DNA of 64,000 nt from the NCBI GenBank assembly GCA_041577295.1, contig JBFGJG010000002.1:64001-128000 (forward strand), read 5' to 3'. This document shows, in pieces, positions 18,449 through 27,776 of the stretch (position 1 is its first letter; every line of letters begins with the position of its first letter). The notes below the pieces were generated by a model, which ran no database searches, had not been told where the DNA came from, and saw only the letters and a program-made list of their open reading frames with translations. Source of the DNA: Gemmatimonadales bacterium. GTDB taxonomy: Bacteria > Gemmatimonadota > Gemmatimonadetes > Gemmatimonadales > GWC2-71-9. The translations under genes and the position numbers were made by a program.

Positions 18449-20113
18449 ATGATGCTTGCGAAACCTGTCATAATGGGTGCTTTGCTCAGCGGGTTTTGGG
18501 GACTTCCCCAGGCACCGGTTGTGCGGTCCGATTCCGACTCTACTGAGCGTGCCCGCGCCATGCACGTGCTCACACGACTGGCGTATGGTCCCGGGCCAGG
18601 AGACGTGGATCGTGTGATGCGGATGGGAGTCGATGCCTATATCGAGCAGCAACTCCACCCCGAACGCATCCGCGACGACCGCCTGGACCGAGTGCTCGAC
18701 GGGTTTGAGATCCTCAAAATGTCGACGGCGGAGTTGGAGACCATCTTCCGCAACCTGCGGCGGGAGCGCGCCGAGGCAGCGATGCGGGCGGATCGTGATT
18801 CAGCCGGGTACGGGGGACAAATGCGCATGCGTCCCGGCCAGCAACCGGCGCAACGCGGAGCCGGTGAATACGCAACGCGCCTTCGGACCCTGATGGGTGA
18901 GTTCCGGCAGGTGGCGATGGCAAGATCGGTGCTCGCGGAACAGCAGCTCTATGAGATCGTCGTGGATTTCTGGACCAACCATTTCAACGTCTACATTCAC
19001 AAAGGCGCCGGTCCCGCCATGATGCCGCGATACATCGAGGAGACGATTCGCCCCAATGCCCTGGGGCGATTTGAGGATCTCCTGATCGCGACCGCGCGAA
19101 GCCCCGCGATGCTGTACTACCTCGACAATGTCGAGTCCGTCGCGCCAGGGTTCGCGCCACCGGGACGCGGCCGGCGGCCCGCGATGAGGCAGCAGGACGG
19201 GATGTCCGATTCGATGCGCATGCAGGCCCGTCGGCCGCGGGGACTCAACGAGAACTATGCGCGGGAGTTGATGGAGCTGCATACCCTGGGCGTGGACGGT
19301 GGCTACACCCAGGACGACGTTATTGACGTCGCCCGGATTCTCACAGGATGGACACTAAACCCTCGTGTCGACCTGAACTTCATCTTCTACTCCCGTGCCC
19401 ATGACTTCGGTGAGAAGACGGTACTGGGGCGCACGTTCCCTGCCGGTCGGGGCATCGAGGAGGGCATCGAGCTCTTACAGATGCTGGCAGCCCACCCGGC
19501 AACTCGCCGGCACATCAGCGCGAAGCTCTGTGCGCGGTTTGTCGCGGACGAGCCACCTTCAGGGTGCATCGACGCTGGCATTCATGCGTGGGAGCGATCG
19601 GACGGGAACATTCGCGATGTGCTCGCGGCGATCATCGCATCTCCAGAGTTCTGGGCAGAGGAGTACCGCGGGAACAAGATGAAAACACCGCTGGAGTTCC
19701 TGGTCAGCGCGGTACGTGCTGTCGATGGCGTACCGGGCACCGATCCCGCGTTTGCCTTGACGCTGCGGCGTCTTGGCCAGCCGCTGTACGAGTATGAACC
19801 CCCCACGGGATATCCCGAAACGCAGGAATCCTGGGTCAACTCGGGTGCATTGCTCGAGCGGTTCAACTTGGCCGTCGCGATAGCTGCAGGCAGGATGGAT
19901 GGAGTCTCCGTCGATCTCGACAACGTCGTCCCGATCATCAGCGACCACGATGCGCTGGTTGATGCCGTGAATCATGCGATTCTGGGGGGGACGGCTTCCC
20001 CAACGACCGTGCGGGTATTACGCGACCAGGCTGCAGCGACGAATAGTCCGCGCGAGGCGCGCGCACTGCTTGTTGGGCTCGCCATCGGTAGCCCGGAGTT
20101 TCAACGCCAGTAG
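18449..20113 (+). CDS. DUF1800 family protein
   Basis: RLAYGP, FWTNHFNV, SPAMLYYLDN, NENYARELMELHTLG, VARILTGW, KTPLEF, SPEFQRQ. Confidence 0.92.
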   Translation: MMLAKPVIMGALLSGFWGLPQAPVVRSDSDSTERARAMHVLTRLAYGPGPGDVDRVMRMGVDAYIEQQLHPERIRDDRLDRVLDGFEILKMSTAELETIFRNLRRERAEAAMRADRDSAGYGGQMRMRPGQQPAQRGAGEYATRLRTLMGEFRQVAMARSVLAEQQLYEIVVDFWTNHFNVYIHKGAGPAMMPRYIEETIRPNALGRFEDLLIATARSPAMLYYLDNVESVAPGFAPPGRGRRPAMRQQDGMSDSMRMQARRPRGLNENYARELMELHTLGVDGGYTQDDVIDVARILTGWTLNPRVDLNFIFYSRAHDFGEKTVLGRTFPAGRGIEEGIELLQMLAAHPATRRHISAKLCARFVADEPPSGCIDAGIHAWERSDGNIRDVLAAIIASPEFWAEEYRGNKMKTPLEFLVSAVRAVDGVPGTDPAFALTLRRLGQPLYEYEPPTGYPETQESWVNSGALLERFNLAVAIAAGRMDGVSVDLDNVVPIISDHDALVDAVNHAILGGTASPTTVRVLRDQAAATNSPREARALLVGLAIGSPEFQRQ

Positions 20114-20121
20114 GAGCATCC

Positions 20122-21393
20122 ATGTGCGATAGGATCGATCGTCGAGTATTCGTGAAAGCAGGTGGGCTCGCGCTTCTTAGTTTTGGCGTGGATCCCATCT
20201 TCCTGACGCGCGCCGCATACGCGTTACAGCGACCAGACTCACTCAGCGCGCGGAAGAAGACTCTCGTTTGTGTCTTTCTCAGGGGTGCGGTTGACGGGCT
20301 GAACATGATCGTCCCGCACGGTGATCCAGACTACTACAAGGAGCGCCCGAGGATTGCCGTGCCACGCCCGGGCTCACCCGGTGGGGCCATTGATCTCGAT
20401 GGATATTTCGGTCTCCACCCGCGTCTGGCAGGTCTGATGCCCTACTTCCGCGATGGGTCACTGGCGCTGGTCCATGCGGTGGGGTCACCTGACGCGACGA
20501 GAAGTCACTTCGACGCGCAGGATTACATGGAGACTGGCACGCCCGGCGTGAAATCGACAGCCGACGGTTGGATGAACCGACACCTGCGACATCGGGCGGA
20601 GCACCGCGAGACACCGTTCCGTGGGGTTGCCGTCGGCCCTCAGCTACCGCGAGCCCTCCGTGGAAATGCGCCCACCCTCGCGATCGACAACCTCGAAGCG
20701 TTTGGGCTCCGGGCCGGACAGGCCGCCGTGCGCGACCGGTTGACGTCCGCGTTTGAAGAGTTGTATGCGGCGTCGGCAACCGGTCTTGTTGCGTCCTCAT
20801 CGGAAGAGGCTTTCGAAGCCATCCGAATGCTCGAGTCGGCAAATCCGGGACGCTACTCCCCGGCGAACGGCGCCCGCTACCCTAGTGGCCGGTTGGGACG
20901 CTCGCTGCGACAGATCGCGCAGCTGATCAAGGCCGATCTAGGTGTCGAGATGGCATTTGCCGATATGGGAGGCTGGGACACGCACGTTAACCAGGGTGGG
21001 AGCCAAGGCACGCTTGCCGGACGATTCCTCAACTACGCGACGACACTCACGGCATTCGCTACCGACCTGGGTGAGCGCATGGCGGACGTCACGGTGATGA
21101 CGATGACAGAGTTCGGACGCACCGTTGCCGAAAACGGAAACGCCGGCACCGATCACGGTCACGCAACCGCGATGCTCGTGCTGGGCGGCGCAACAAAAGG
21201 TGGAAAAGTGTTTGGGCGTTGGCCGACCCTCGAACCCGAGAAGCGCTTCGAAGGACGTGATCTCGAGGTGACGACCGACTTCCGAGACCTCTTTGGCGAG
21301 GTCCTCACCAAACACCTCGGTGCAACTGCACTGGATAAGGTGTTCCCCGGATACCAGAACGAGCGCAGCCAGTGGCTAGGAGTAACAGGATAG
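20122..21393 (+). CDS. DUF1501 family protein, Tat-type signal
   Basis: DRRVFVK twin-arginine-like motif. FLRGAVDGLN, RSHFDAQD, GGWDTH, TEFGRT, GTDHG. Usual partner of DUF1800. Confidence 0.92.
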   Translation: MCDRIDRRVFVKAGGLALLSFGVDPIFLTRAAYALQRPDSLSARKKTLVCVFLRGAVDGLNMIVPHGDPDYYKERPRIAVPRPGSPGGAIDLDGYFGLHPRLAGLMPYFRDGSLALVHAVGSPDATRSHFDAQDYMETGTPGVKSTADGWMNRHLRHRAEHRETPFRGVAVGPQLPRALRGNAPTLAIDNLEAFGLRAGQAAVRDRLTSAFEELYAASATGLVASSSEEAFEAIRMLESANPGRYSPANGARYPSGRLGRSLRQIAQLIKADLGVEMAFADMGGWDTHVNQGGSQGTLAGRFLNYATTLTAFATDLGERMADVTVMTMTEFGRTVAENGNAGTDHGHATAMLVLGGATKGGKVFGRWPTLEPEKRFEGRDLEVTTDFRDLFGEVLTKHLGATALDKVFPGYQNERSQWLGVTG

Positions 21394-21404
21394 GGGATAA
21401 AGGG
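21388..21404 (+). repeat. Degenerate inverted copies of the 9-bp repeat (GGATAGG-GGATAAAGG-G)
   Basis: Resembles GGATAGAGG, the reverse complement of CCTCTATCC. Lies just past the 3' end of the four-helix-bundle gene and overlaps the DUF1501 stop. Confidence 0.55.
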
Positions 21405-21407
21405 CTG

Positions 21408-21803
21408 CTACGGCCTGCATAGGCGACGCAGCAGGCCGTAGGTTGACTTGCTCGCGTGGAGGTAAAGCGCTCTCAGCTCCTCACAGCGCTCCACGTTCAT
21501 GAACCTCCCGTCCAGACAAATGATTAGCAGGGCATCGAGCTCAGCGAGCAAAGTGAGCGTGATTCCAGCGAACCGCCTGAATTCCCGACCACCTCGGCGA
21601 GCGTATCCCTCGGCTAGATTCGCACTTGCCGAGATGGCTGCTCGCCGGACCTGATCCCCCAAGCTGAACTGTAGCTCCTGAGGAAAAGCCAGTGAGGCTC
21701 GGCACACAGCCACTGCAAGGGTGTGACACCGCTGCCACGCGACCAGGCGTCTGTACCATCCATTACAACGGACGATAGCGATGCGTCTCCAAACGGTAAT
21801 CAT
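21408..21803 (-). CDS. Four-helix-bundle protein (23S rRNA IVS protein-like family), possibly decaying
   Basis: YRRLVAWQRCHTLA...FPQELQFSLGDQVRRAAISASANLAEGYAR...EFRRF...LAEL. Start uncertain; ATG 21803 is the nearest in-frame ATG. Confidence 0.82.
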   Translation of the reverse strand: MITVWRRIAIVRCNGWYRRLVAWQRCHTLAVAVCRASLAFPQELQFSLGDQVRRAAISASANLAEGYARRGGREFRRFAGITLTLLAELDALLIICLDGRFMNVERCEELRALYLHASKSTYGLLRRLCRP

Positions 21804-21835
21804 CACTTCTGTGCGGAGATGATCTAAACGTCGCA

Positions 21836-21871
21836 CCTCTATCCCCTCTATCCCTTCTATCCCTTCTATAT
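21836..21871 (+). repeat. Tandem 9-bp repeat, about 4 copies
   Basis: CCTCTATCC CCTCTATCC CTTCTATCC CTTCTATAT, read directly. Confidence 0.9.
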
Positions 21872-21878
21872 TCGGTTC

Positions 21879-22592
21879 ATGTCTCTCCAAGGATCTCACT
21901 GCGTCGTGACGGGTGCGACGGAGGGAATTGGTCGCGCCACAGCTTTTGCCTTCGGACGCCGCGGGGCGAAAGTAGCGATCTGCGCTCGGACGGAAGACCG
22001 TGTCCGCGAGACGGCCCGGGCTCTCGCTCACGAGGGGATCGGAGCGATCGGCACTGCGTGTGACGTGGCTGACGAGGCCAGCGTGGATGGGTTCGCACAG
22101 TTCGTTCACGCACGGTTCCCTCAGGTGGATGTTCTCGTCAACAACGCCGGCGTGGGCTACATGCAATACGTCGATGAGATGAGTGTAGCCGACTTCGATC
22201 AAACGATGGCCGTCAACGTGCGGGGCGTCTTTCTGGTCACCAGGGCGTTCTTGCCAAGCATGAAACGCCAGGGAAGTGGTTGTATCGTCAACGTGGCAAG
22301 CCTTGCGGGGCGAAACCCCATTGCCGGGGGCGCCGCATACGCCGCATCCAAGCACGCCGTCCTCGGTTTTGCCAAATCGTTGCTCCTCGAGGTGCGGACG
22401 TTTGGGATTCGCGTGCTGACAGTGTGTCCGGGGTCGGTTGTCACAGCGTTCTTCGATAAGGCGGGAATGGAGCTCCACGATCCCGAGCGGAAGCTCCAAT
22501 CGGAGGATGTCGCCGACGCGATCACGGCGGCGGTGGAGCTTCCGGCACGGGCCACCCTATCCGAATTCGATATCAGACCGTCGAATCCCTGA
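21879..22592 (+). CDS. SDR family oxidoreductase
   Basis: TGATEGIG, LVNNAG, YAASK. Confidence 0.93.
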   Translation: MSLQGSHCVVTGATEGIGRATAFAFGRRGAKVAICARTEDRVRETARALAHEGIGAIGTACDVADEASVDGFAQFVHARFPQVDVLVNNAGVGYMQYVDEMSVADFDQTMAVNVRGVFLVTRAFLPSMKRQGSGCIVNVASLAGRNPIAGGAAYAASKHAVLGFAKSLLLEVRTFGIRVLTVCPGSVVTAFFDKAGMELHDPERKLQSEDVADAITAAVELPARATLSEFDIRPSNP

Positions 22593-22686
22593 TCTGACGG
22601 GCAGACCTCTTGCCACGCGTCCCCGGCGGTAGACAGCTTTCAGCCGGCGACCAGCCAGTCCACCGAAGCCGCTTTCAGGAATTCGA

Positions 22687-23901
22687 ATGAGCGCGACGCT
22701 GGTTCTCATCCTCGTGGTGATCGGTGCGTACTTGGCTGCCCACGTGATGTTCGAGTGGATCGCCAGACGGTTCCTGATCGTCTCCGGTGCCGAGTACCTC
22801 CTCCTGGGGATCCTGCTCGGACCACATGTTACCGGACTCATCGGCACAACGGTCGTGAGCAACTTCGCCCCGATCATGATTTTGGCCCTTGGCGGCATGG
22901 GCTTGCTGGTCGGAACCGGCTTGCGGATCCCCGAGATGCGCCGTCTGCGGAGTGTCCATTTCCGCGTAGCGACTCTCGAAGCGGTGCTGGTTCTAGTGAC
23001 CGTCGCTGGGGTGATGACGCTAGGCCTCCTGCTGTTGTTCGAGATTTCGGCTCGGGAAGTCGTGCTAAGCGCTACCGCGTTCGGGATCGTCGCGACAGCA
23101 TCGGCACCGTCAGGGGTCATCCTCGTGGCTCGGCATCTCCGAGGTCGGGGGGTTGTGATGGACCAGCTCACCGTTACCGACTGGGTGAATGGCGCGGTGG
23201 CGATTGTTGCGTTTGCATTTCTCCTTTGCCTGGTTCGTGTGGATCCCACTGCCGGTGGAGTGTCACTCGCGCCGATCGAGTGGATGGTCATCAACGTTGG
23301 CATCGGGTTGTTCGGAGGAATTCTCTTTCACCTATTTCTGGGCGCCGATAAGGACTTTGATCGGTTGACGGTCGCGCTCATCGGCGCAATCATTCTTACG
23401 ACGGGAGCTGCGGCATACCTCCAGCTCTCACCGCTGTTGCCTACGTTTTTGGTCGGCGTCATCCTCGTAAACACCTCACCTGTACAGAAGCAGATCCGCG
23501 AGCTGCTGGCACGAGTCGAACGGCCCTTCTATTACGTGCTACTGATCTTTGCAGGCGCTGCTTGGCGTCCTGGAAGCGGGGGCTGGATCGTTCCGATCAT
23601 CCTCTTTCTCGCTATTCAGACAGCGGCGGCCATCGGCGGAGCCCGTCTCGCGAGTCGAGTAAATGGAATGACCAGCTCACTGGGCCCCAACTGGGGCATC
23701 GCCATGCTTGGGCATGGTGAGCTGGCTCTGGCCATCGGATTCAACTACCTGCTTCTCGAAGCGGCGCCACTCGCGGATCTCGTCTTCAGTGCGACGATCG
23801 CATCCGTGTTCCTCACGCACTTTACTGCCGCCAGGTTCGTTCGCTCGGTGGCCCAAGACGCCGCGTCATCGGTCATGCCTCCCGTTGCGGGAAATCGCTG
23901 A
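22687..23901 (+). CDS. Cation:proton antiporter-like membrane protein
   Basis: About 12 TM segments. EYLLLGILLGP, LSPLL..F.VG, GELALAI. Stop abuts the start of the next gene. Confidence 0.72.
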   Translation: MSATLVLILVVIGAYLAAHVMFEWIARRFLIVSGAEYLLLGILLGPHVTGLIGTTVVSNFAPIMILALGGMGLLVGTGLRIPEMRRLRSVHFRVATLEAVLVLVTVAGVMTLGLLLLFEISAREVVLSATAFGIVATASAPSGVILVARHLRGRGVVMDQLTVTDWVNGAVAIVAFAFLLCLVRVDPTAGGVSLAPIEWMVINVGIGLFGGILFHLFLGADKDFDRLTVALIGAIILTTGAAAYLQLSPLLPTFLVGVILVNTSPVQKQIRELLARVERPFYYVLLIFAGAAWRPGSGGWIVPIILFLAIQTAAAIGGARLASRVNGMTSSLGPNWGIAMLGHGELALAIGFNYLLLEAAPLADLVFSATIASVFLTHFTAARFVRSVAQDAASSVMPPVAGNR

Positions 23902-25233
23902 GTGCGACGACTGCTCATCCTCGCCCTGCTCCTCGCGGGCATGCAGCTCATCCTCCCGCTGGGCTCCGTGGGCCACGCTTCGGAGGTGCTGCTGGCCTTC
24001 GGCTTTTTGATCCTTGCGGCATACACGGTCGGAGAGATCGCCACCTATCTACATCTTCCCAAGCTCGTAGGGTATCTCGTGGCGGGGATTGCATTTGGTC
24101 CCAGTGCGCTCGGGACGGTCAGCGAAGCAAGCGTGGCCAATCTGAGCGGTGTGAGCCAGCTCGCCGTCGCGCTCATCGCGTTTCTGGCCGGCGCGGAGCT
24201 CCGCTGGAGCGATGTGCGCGAACGGTGGAACGTCATCCTCAAGATGATGACCGCGGAGTTGGCCTTGACGTTTCTCGTCATGACCACCGTGCTCGTGGCA
24301 TTTCGCCGATTTGTGCCACCGTTGGAGAAGCTCCAGCCCCTCGAAGCATTGATCTTTGGAATGCTGTTCGCAGCGGTGGCTATTGTGCATTCACCCGCCG
24401 TCACCATGGCGCTCTTGAGCGAAACCAAGGCCAGAGGCGCCGTGGCGCGAACGACTCTCGGGGTCGTCCTGATCGCGGATGTGGTAGTCGTGTTGGTGTT
24501 CAGTGCGCTCCTGGCAATTGCTCGGAGACTCGTGCCTCCTGAGGCGCACGGCGCGGCGATCCCGGTGGCGTCCGTGTTCTGGGAGATTGGCGGTGCGATC
24601 ATGGTCGGCGCACTACTGGGAGCCGTGACGGCTCTCTACCTCCGCTTCGTGCGTCGTGAGCTGCTATTGTTTGCGATCCTCGTTGCCTTCTTTGGCACGG
24701 AAATCACCCGTTTGCTCCGTGTGGAAACCATGCTGGCGCTGCTCACCGCCGGGTTTGTGACACAGAATGTCGCGCGGGAAGGCGATATCCTCCGCGGCGC
24801 GATGGAGCGGTCTGCCGCACCGGTGATCGTGGTGTTCTTTGCGCTCGCCGGCGCTAAAATCGACATCGGTCAGCTCGCGATGCTCTTCCCGCTCGCGTTA
24901 CCGTTGGCCGTGATCCGAGCCACGAGTATTTGGGCGGGGACCGGGCTCGGCGCACGCTGGGCGAGGGCGGGGACCGCTGAGACCCAGTGGGTGTGGTTTG
25001 GTCTCGTGTCACAGGCAGGGGTTGCGCTGGCACTGGTCAACATCTTCGCCGAGGCCTACCCAGCCCGAGGGATCGACCTGCGGGCGCTCATGCTCTCCTT
25101 GATCGCAATCAACGAAATGGTGGGTCCAGCGATGTTCCGACGAGCCCTCGTCGCGAGCGGAGAGACCTCGCAGACAACGAGCGCCAAGACAGTCACCTTA
25201 ACTACTCCGCAGCGGGTGCTACCAGAACCGTAG
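23902..25233 (+). CDS. Cation:proton antiporter (CPA2-like)
   Basis: LPKLVGYLVAGIAFGP, IAFLAGAEL, SPAVT, VLIADVV, FFALAGA, SQAGVALAL, INEMVGP. Confidence 0.85.
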   Translation: MRRLLILALLLAGMQLILPLGSVGHASEVLLAFGFLILAAYTVGEIATYLHLPKLVGYLVAGIAFGPSALGTVSEASVANLSGVSQLAVALIAFLAGAELRWSDVRERWNVILKMMTAELALTFLVMTTVLVAFRRFVPPLEKLQPLEALIFGMLFAAVAIVHSPAVTMALLSETKARGAVARTTLGVVLIADVVVVLVFSALLAIARRLVPPEAHGAAIPVASVFWEIGGAIMVGALLGAVTALYLRFVRRELLLFAILVAFFGTEITRLLRVETMLALLTAGFVTQNVAREGDILRGAMERSAAPVIVVFFALAGAKIDIGQLAMLFPLALPLAVIRATSIWAGTGLGARWARAGTAETQWVWFGLVSQAGVALALVNIFAEAYPARGIDLRALMLSLIAINEMVGPAMFRRALVASGETSQTTSAKTVTLTTPQRVLPEP

Positions 25234-25432
25234 CAGACAGCGAGTATATTCTCTGGGCGTTGCCGGAACTGTGTTGTGGTCCGGTTGGTTTCTCACACCG
25301 AGTGCCCTTCGTGGCGTACCGCCGACCAGCCCCTGCGCACGAGAACGTGGCTGCGTGAGCCGGGTGGCGCACCGTGGTTCGTTGATCGACATTTTGAGGA
25401 CGCAAAACGGCATCTCTTCCTTAGGAGCAGAT

Positions 25433-26224
25433 GTGGTCTTCTCTCACGATGTATTGAAGGGGCAGGTTGCCGTGATCACCGGTGGGGGCACCGGGATCGG
25501 ATTCGGCATCGCTACCGAGCTGGCGCGCAGTGGAGCGGATATCGCCATCACCAGCCGGAAGCCGGAGCGGCTCGAGTCGGCTGCCGAGCGCCTCAAGGAA
25601 CACGAGGTTCGCGTCGCCGCGATCCCCGCCAATGTACGAGAACCGGACTCGGTCAAGTCGATGGTCGAGCAGGTTGAGCGCGAGTTCGGGCGTATCGATA
25701 TCCTCGTGAACAATGCGGCGGGCAATTTCTACGCACCGTCCGCCGAGCTCTCACCAAATGGATGGCGTGCGGTGGTCGAAACCGACCTCTACGGTACCTT
25801 CTTCTGTTCGCAGGCGGTGTATCCTGCTTTCAAGCGGGCGGGCGGGGGAAAGATCATCTCGATCTCCATGACACTCCACTATCGCGGGTGGCCCCAAATG
25901 GCGCACGCGACCGCGGCCAAAGCCGGCGTTGACGCGCTCACGAAGACGCTGGCTCTCGAGTGGGCGCCTGACAAGATCACGGTCAACACGATTGCACCCG
26001 GCCCGATCTTGACGGAGGGGGCTCGTAAGGCCTTCGCGGCGGGGGACGAGGGAAAAGGTACCGCAGCCATCGATGAGCGATTGGCCCGGGCCATTCCGCT
26101 CGGACGGTTGGGGACTCCGCAGGACATCGGTCTCCTGTCGGTGTACCTCGCGAGCTCGGCGGGCTCATGGATAACGGGTGCCATCTTCGTGGTCGATGGC
26201 GGCAGCTCCCTCGCCAAGACCTGA
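25433..26224 (+). CDS. SDR oxidoreductase, 2,4-dienoyl-CoA reductase-like
   Basis: GTG 25433 follows AGGAG. ITGGGTGIG, NNAAGNF, LSPNGW, HATAAKAG, IAPGPI. Confidence 0.88.
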   Translation: MVFSHDVLKGQVAVITGGGTGIGFGIATELARSGADIAITSRKPERLESAAERLKEHEVRVAAIPANVREPDSVKSMVEQVEREFGRIDILVNNAAGNFYAPSAELSPNGWRAVVETDLYGTFFCSQAVYPAFKRAGGGKIISISMTLHYRGWPQMAHATAAKAGVDALTKTLALEWAPDKITVNTIAPGPILTEGARKAFAAGDEGKGTAAIDERLARAIPLGRLGTPQDIGLLSVYLASSAGSWITGAIFVVDGGSSLAKT

Positions 26225-26228
26225 ACTG

Positions 26229-27758
26229 ATGTCGGGTCTCGTCGCATTCCTGGTGATCGTCCACTTCGCCGCGTCGCTATTGTTGGCGGGGTTCGGCGTT
26301 CACCGCCTATCGCTCGCCGTCCGATATCACTTGTTGGTGAAGCGGCAGAGGCGCCATCGACCACATCCACCGGAGCGACTCCCCCGCGTCACGGTCCAGA
26401 TCCCCCTGTACAACGAGCGGTATGTTGCCACCCGCGCGGTCCGGGCGGCGGCGGCGCTGAAGTATCCACGACCCCTGCTCGAGATCCAGGTGTTGGACGA
26501 CTCGACCGACGAAACGATTGGCGAGATCGCCCGAGTAGTTGCCGAGCTTCGTGAGCAGGGGATTAACATCCACCACTTGCATCGTGCGCGGCGAGACGGG
26601 TTCAAGGCCGGAGCACTCGCGGCCGGGCTGAGAGTGGCGCGGGGCGAGTTGGTCGCCATCTTTGACGCCGACTTCATTCCGTCGAGCGACTTCTTGTTAC
26701 AAACGGTCGGCGAGTTCTCGGACCCTACCGTTGGTTTGGTTCAGGCACGGTGGGAGCACCTCAACGTCGAGACGTCGGTACTGACGAGGGCGCAAGCAGT
26801 ACAGCTCGATGCGCATTTCACGATCGAACACGGCGTGCGGGCGGGCACGGGCTGCTTCTTTAACTTCAACGGGACGGCCGGCATCTGGCGGAAACAGGCA
26901 ATCCAGTCCGCCGGTGGATGGGCCGCCGACACCCTGACCGAAGACCTGGATCTCTCTTATCGCGCCCAGCTACAGGGCTGGCGCTTCGTCTACCGCGATG
27001 ACATCGGTGTGCCGTCGGAGCTTCCAGTCGAGGTCGCGGGCTATCGCATTCAGCAGCAACGCTGGGCGCAGGGCGGCGTCCAGACGGCCCGAAAGGTGCT
27101 TCCCGCCATCTTACGGGCGCCTATTCGCTCAAAGGTGAAGCGGGAGGCACTCTGGCACCTCGCGGGGCATTTCAGCTATCCGCTGATTCTCCTGCTCGCG
27201 GCTGCCGGTCTTGGTGTTTCGTGGCTCGCCGGTCCGGTGGAGCGAAGCTGGGTCGTGACAGTCGATGGAACCCTGCTCCTTTTCGCGACCGCTTCACTGA
27301 CGGTGTTCTATGGCACGGCTGCGTGGGTCCGCGCACCTCAGCAGCTCGGTCGCCGGTTGCTGATGGTTCCGGTCATCATGATCCTCGGTGCCGGAATCGC
27401 CATTGGACAGACCACAGCAGTCATCCGTGGCCTCCTCCGCGGGTGTCGCACTCCCTTCCGCCGAACGCCCAAGTACCAGTTGCGTGGGCGACACGACACT
27501 TCGTGGCGCTCCGCCGTGTACCGTATTCCTGCCACCGGTACTGCAACGATCGACTGCGTCCTCGGGGTGACGGTCCTGACCCTTGGCGCGCTACAACTCA
27601 TCTCCGGTGGCGCCGCACCAACGGGGATGGGGGTGCTCGTTGGCGCCGGGTTGCTCAGTGTAGGTACCGCGGCGTTTGCTCAGCGCCGTCCGCGTTTTCG
27701 CACCATTCAGCACGAGCGCCGTGGTCGTCAGGTCACTCGCATGCTCACAGCCCCCTGA
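26229..27758 (+). CDS. Processive GT2 glycosyltransferase (cellulose synthase-like)
   Basis: VQIPLYNE, VLDDSTD, GFKAGAL, FDAD, FNGTAG, TED, QQQRW (QxxRW), C-terminal TM segments. Confidence 0.92.
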   Translation: MSGLVAFLVIVHFAASLLLAGFGVHRLSLAVRYHLLVKRQRRHRPHPPERLPRVTVQIPLYNERYVATRAVRAAAALKYPRPLLEIQVLDDSTDETIGEIARVVAELREQGINIHHLHRARRDGFKAGALAAGLRVARGELVAIFDADFIPSSDFLLQTVGEFSDPTVGLVQARWEHLNVETSVLTRAQAVQLDAHFTIEHGVRAGTGCFFNFNGTAGIWRKQAIQSAGGWAADTLTEDLDLSYRAQLQGWRFVYRDDIGVPSELPVEVAGYRIQQQRWAQGGVQTARKVLPAILRAPIRSKVKREALWHLAGHFSYPLILLLAAAGLGVSWLAGPVERSWVVTVDGTLLLFATASLTVFYGTAAWVRAPQQLGRRLLMVPVIMILGAGIAIGQTTAVIRGLLRGCRTPFRRTPKYQLRGRHDTSWRSAVYRIPATGTATIDCVLGVTVLTLGALQLISGGAAPTGMGVLVGAGLLSVGTAAFAQRRPRFRTIQHERRGRQVTRMLTAP

Positions 27759-27776
27759 TTCGCCGGGAACGCCGTC

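Noticed and set aside
21408..21871. Diversity-generating retroelement suggested by the Avd-like gene
   Set aside because: No reverse transcriptase and no template/variable repeat pair visible in the window.
21836..21871. CRISPR array
   Set aside because: 9-bp tandem units with no spacers and no cas genes.
21804..22499. N-terminal 232 aa of the 363-aa ORF 21408..22499 as a real fusion protein
   Set aside because: It is the antisense shadow of the SDR gene plus the translated 9-bp repeat (IEGIEGIEG). Only the C-terminal four-helix part resembles a protein family.
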